Source: Octopus bimaculoides
Taxonomy: Eukaryota
NCBI RefSeq assembly: GCF_001194135.2
Contig: NC_068981.1
Coordinates: forward strand, 148,794,428-148,830,226
DNA: 35,799 bases
Reading direction: 5' to 3'
Position numbers and translations under genes: made by a program. Shown piece by piece: positions 34,075 through 35,799 of the stretch. The notes beneath the pieces are model-generated. The model did no database searches. It saw nothing but the letters and a program-made list of their open reading frames with translations, and was not told the DNA's origin. Each line of letters begins with the position of its first letter. The first letter of the stretch is position 1.

Positions 34075-34710
34075 NNNNNNNNNNNNNNNNNNNNNNNNNN
34101 NNNNNNNNNNNNNNNNNNNNNNNNNNNNNNNNNNNNNNNNNNNNNNNNNNNNNNNNNNNNNNNNNNNNNNNNNNNNNNNNNNNNNNNNNNNNNNNNNNNN
34201 NNNNNNNNNNNNNNNNNNNNNNNNNNNNNNNNNNNNNNNNNNNNNNNNNNNNNNNNNNNNNNNNNNNNNNNNNNNNNNNNNNNNNNNNNNNNNNNNNNNN
34301 NNNNNNNNNNNNNNNNNNNNNNNNNNNNNNNNNNNNNNNNNNNNNNNNNNNNNNNNNNNNNNNNNNNNNNNNNNNNNNNNNNNNNNNNNNNNNNNNNNNN
34401 NNNNNNNNNNNNNNNNNNNNNNNNNNNNNNNNNNNNNNNNNNNNNNNNNNNNNNNNNNNNNNNNNNNNNNNNNNNNNNNNNNNNNNNNNNNNNNNNNNNN
34501 NNNNNNNNNNNNNNATATATATATATATATATATGTATATGTGTGTGCGTGTGTGTGTGACAGGGTTCCATACAGTTTCTGTCTACCAAATTCACTCACA
34601 AGACATTGACCAGTCTAGGGTTACAGTAGAAGTCACCTGCCGAGGTGCCGCGTAGTGGGACGGAACCTGAAAGCACTTGGTTGCAAAGTAAGCTTTTTAA
34701 CCACACATTT
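33737..34710 (-). mobile_element. SINE family A with expanded internal (TA)/(TG) microsatellite containing a gap
   Basis: The 3' half (33737-33945) and 5' half (34555-34710) are both colinear with the other A copies, on either side of the microsatellite and gap. Confidence 0.8.
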
Positions 34711-34929
34711 ATACCTGAACCTAGAAATCATTTCTATCTCGTTGTGTGTTATCTAACCATAATCTAGAATTCTACACACCGACCCAGAAATAGATATGGT
34801 CAATATGAAGCTTCGTTACACTTTGCCAAATGCCCACTGGCTATCAAACTTAGATTTGAGACTCGTCGACGGTCTTCCGTGTATTAACCATTTTACGATT
34901 ATATCAAATCCATGACCATCTGTATATGT

Positions 34930-35135
34930 CATCGTTGCAATTGTTTATCTCAATGTCAGCACTGATCAAGCTGAGCCATGATTAAAGATGTTCCAGCAGC
35001 CGAGATCCTATCGTTTTTTTATTCAGGCGTAGTTTATCTAGAATTGCATTATTAAAAGCCTGTAGTAAAGAGACTAGAGTGTGATCTGAGAAAAAATAGG
35101 GATACTATTTCTACAGGTTCGAGCGTCGGAGGAGC
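34930..35135 (+). mobile_element. Diverged interspersed repeat (family F)
   Basis: ATTAAAGATGTTCCAGC.. and GTGTGATCTGAG..ACTATTTCTACAGGTTCGAGCG match the 2500-2690 copy. Confidence 0.5.
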
Positions 35136-35762
35136 CTGTTCTCGTTTGTTTGCGATCGATCTGGTTGAGGATACTTACGTTAACTCCTATGTCGATTTGT
35201 TATGTCCAATTTAGCCACGTGAGTCAGGGTGACTTTTGCTAGAACCATGAGAAACGTTTTTTATATTGTGAGAGGTAAGTTTCTCCGTTAATCCCAACTG
35301 AAGTATACATTAGAAGACAATTGTTATGCCCTCAGAGCAGATAAAAGGAATCATTGGATATGCTTGAAAGGACTGCAAAGTCTTTAAATGACACATAACT
35401 TTGAATTACAACAACACCAGCATCAACAATATCGATGTTATGCTGTAGTAGATTCTGTCATTAATACGCATCTTCTACAAAACTGGCCTTGTGCCCAGAG
35501 AAGAAATCTCTACAGCATTGAACATTACTTAAGTTCTGCTATCAGCGGAAGAACATTGTTCTGAATCATTGTTTCTCACTTACGTGCATTCCTAAAGCGC
35601 CTTCAGAAGAGAAGCGATTGCAACGTACAAAATTGTTAGTAACTATAGACGTATATATAATATTATACGTCTTCTTGTGTTTGGGGTTCAACCAGTATAA
35701 TAGCATTCCACAATCTGGTGGTTATTAAAGAAGCTAAAATGAAAATAGAATGCTTTATAAAA

Positions 35763-35799
35763 CCCACCACCACCACCACCACCACCACCACCACCACCA
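35763..35799. repeat. (CCA)n microsatellite
   Basis: Read directly to the window end. Confidence 0.97.

Noticed and set aside
35117-35281. Exon-like signals (acceptor TTTCTACAG, donors GTGAGT and GTAAGT)
   Set aside because: The acceptor lies within a family F repeat, the longer version has stops in all frames, and the peptide is unrecognisable.
1529-35799. Most ORFs in the supplied track (HTHT, CVCV, YIYI, poly-L/N/D, X-runs)
   Set aside because: They are translations of microsatellites, low-complexity tracts, SINEs or N gaps, with no protein family signal.
1-35799. CRISPR arrays, rRNA genes, prokaryotic operons
   Set aside because: No repeat-spacer periodicity, rRNA-like sequence or gene-dense region anywhere in the window.

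Overview
AT-rich, repeat-dense eukaryotic DNA from a draft assembly, with 8 N-gaps (about 3.4 kb), mostly abutting microsatellites. The SINE and microsatellite landscape resembles cephalopod (octopus-like) genomes; this is my recollection, not a database result. I find no intact protein-coding gene: nearly all listed ORFs are microsatellite, low-complexity or gap read-throughs. The window holds about 20 SINE copies from several families, a pogo/Tigger-like MITE, a hAT deletion derivative with a perfect 8-bp TSD, an internally deleted mariner, an R4/Dong-type RT fragment beside a (TAA)n array, and a probable DIRS relic. The best find is an intact minimal type I hammerhead ribozyme (4544-4611, minus strand) inside a unit bounded by 124-bp direct repeats 531 bp apart, which is Penelope pLTR/retrozyme-like. 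A second hammerhead is cut off by a gap at 13233, and several decayed look-alikes occur. One isolated 43-nt exon candidate (2955-2997) suggests the window may be intronic. Most SINE and relic boundaries are approximate, to within roughly 10-20 bp.
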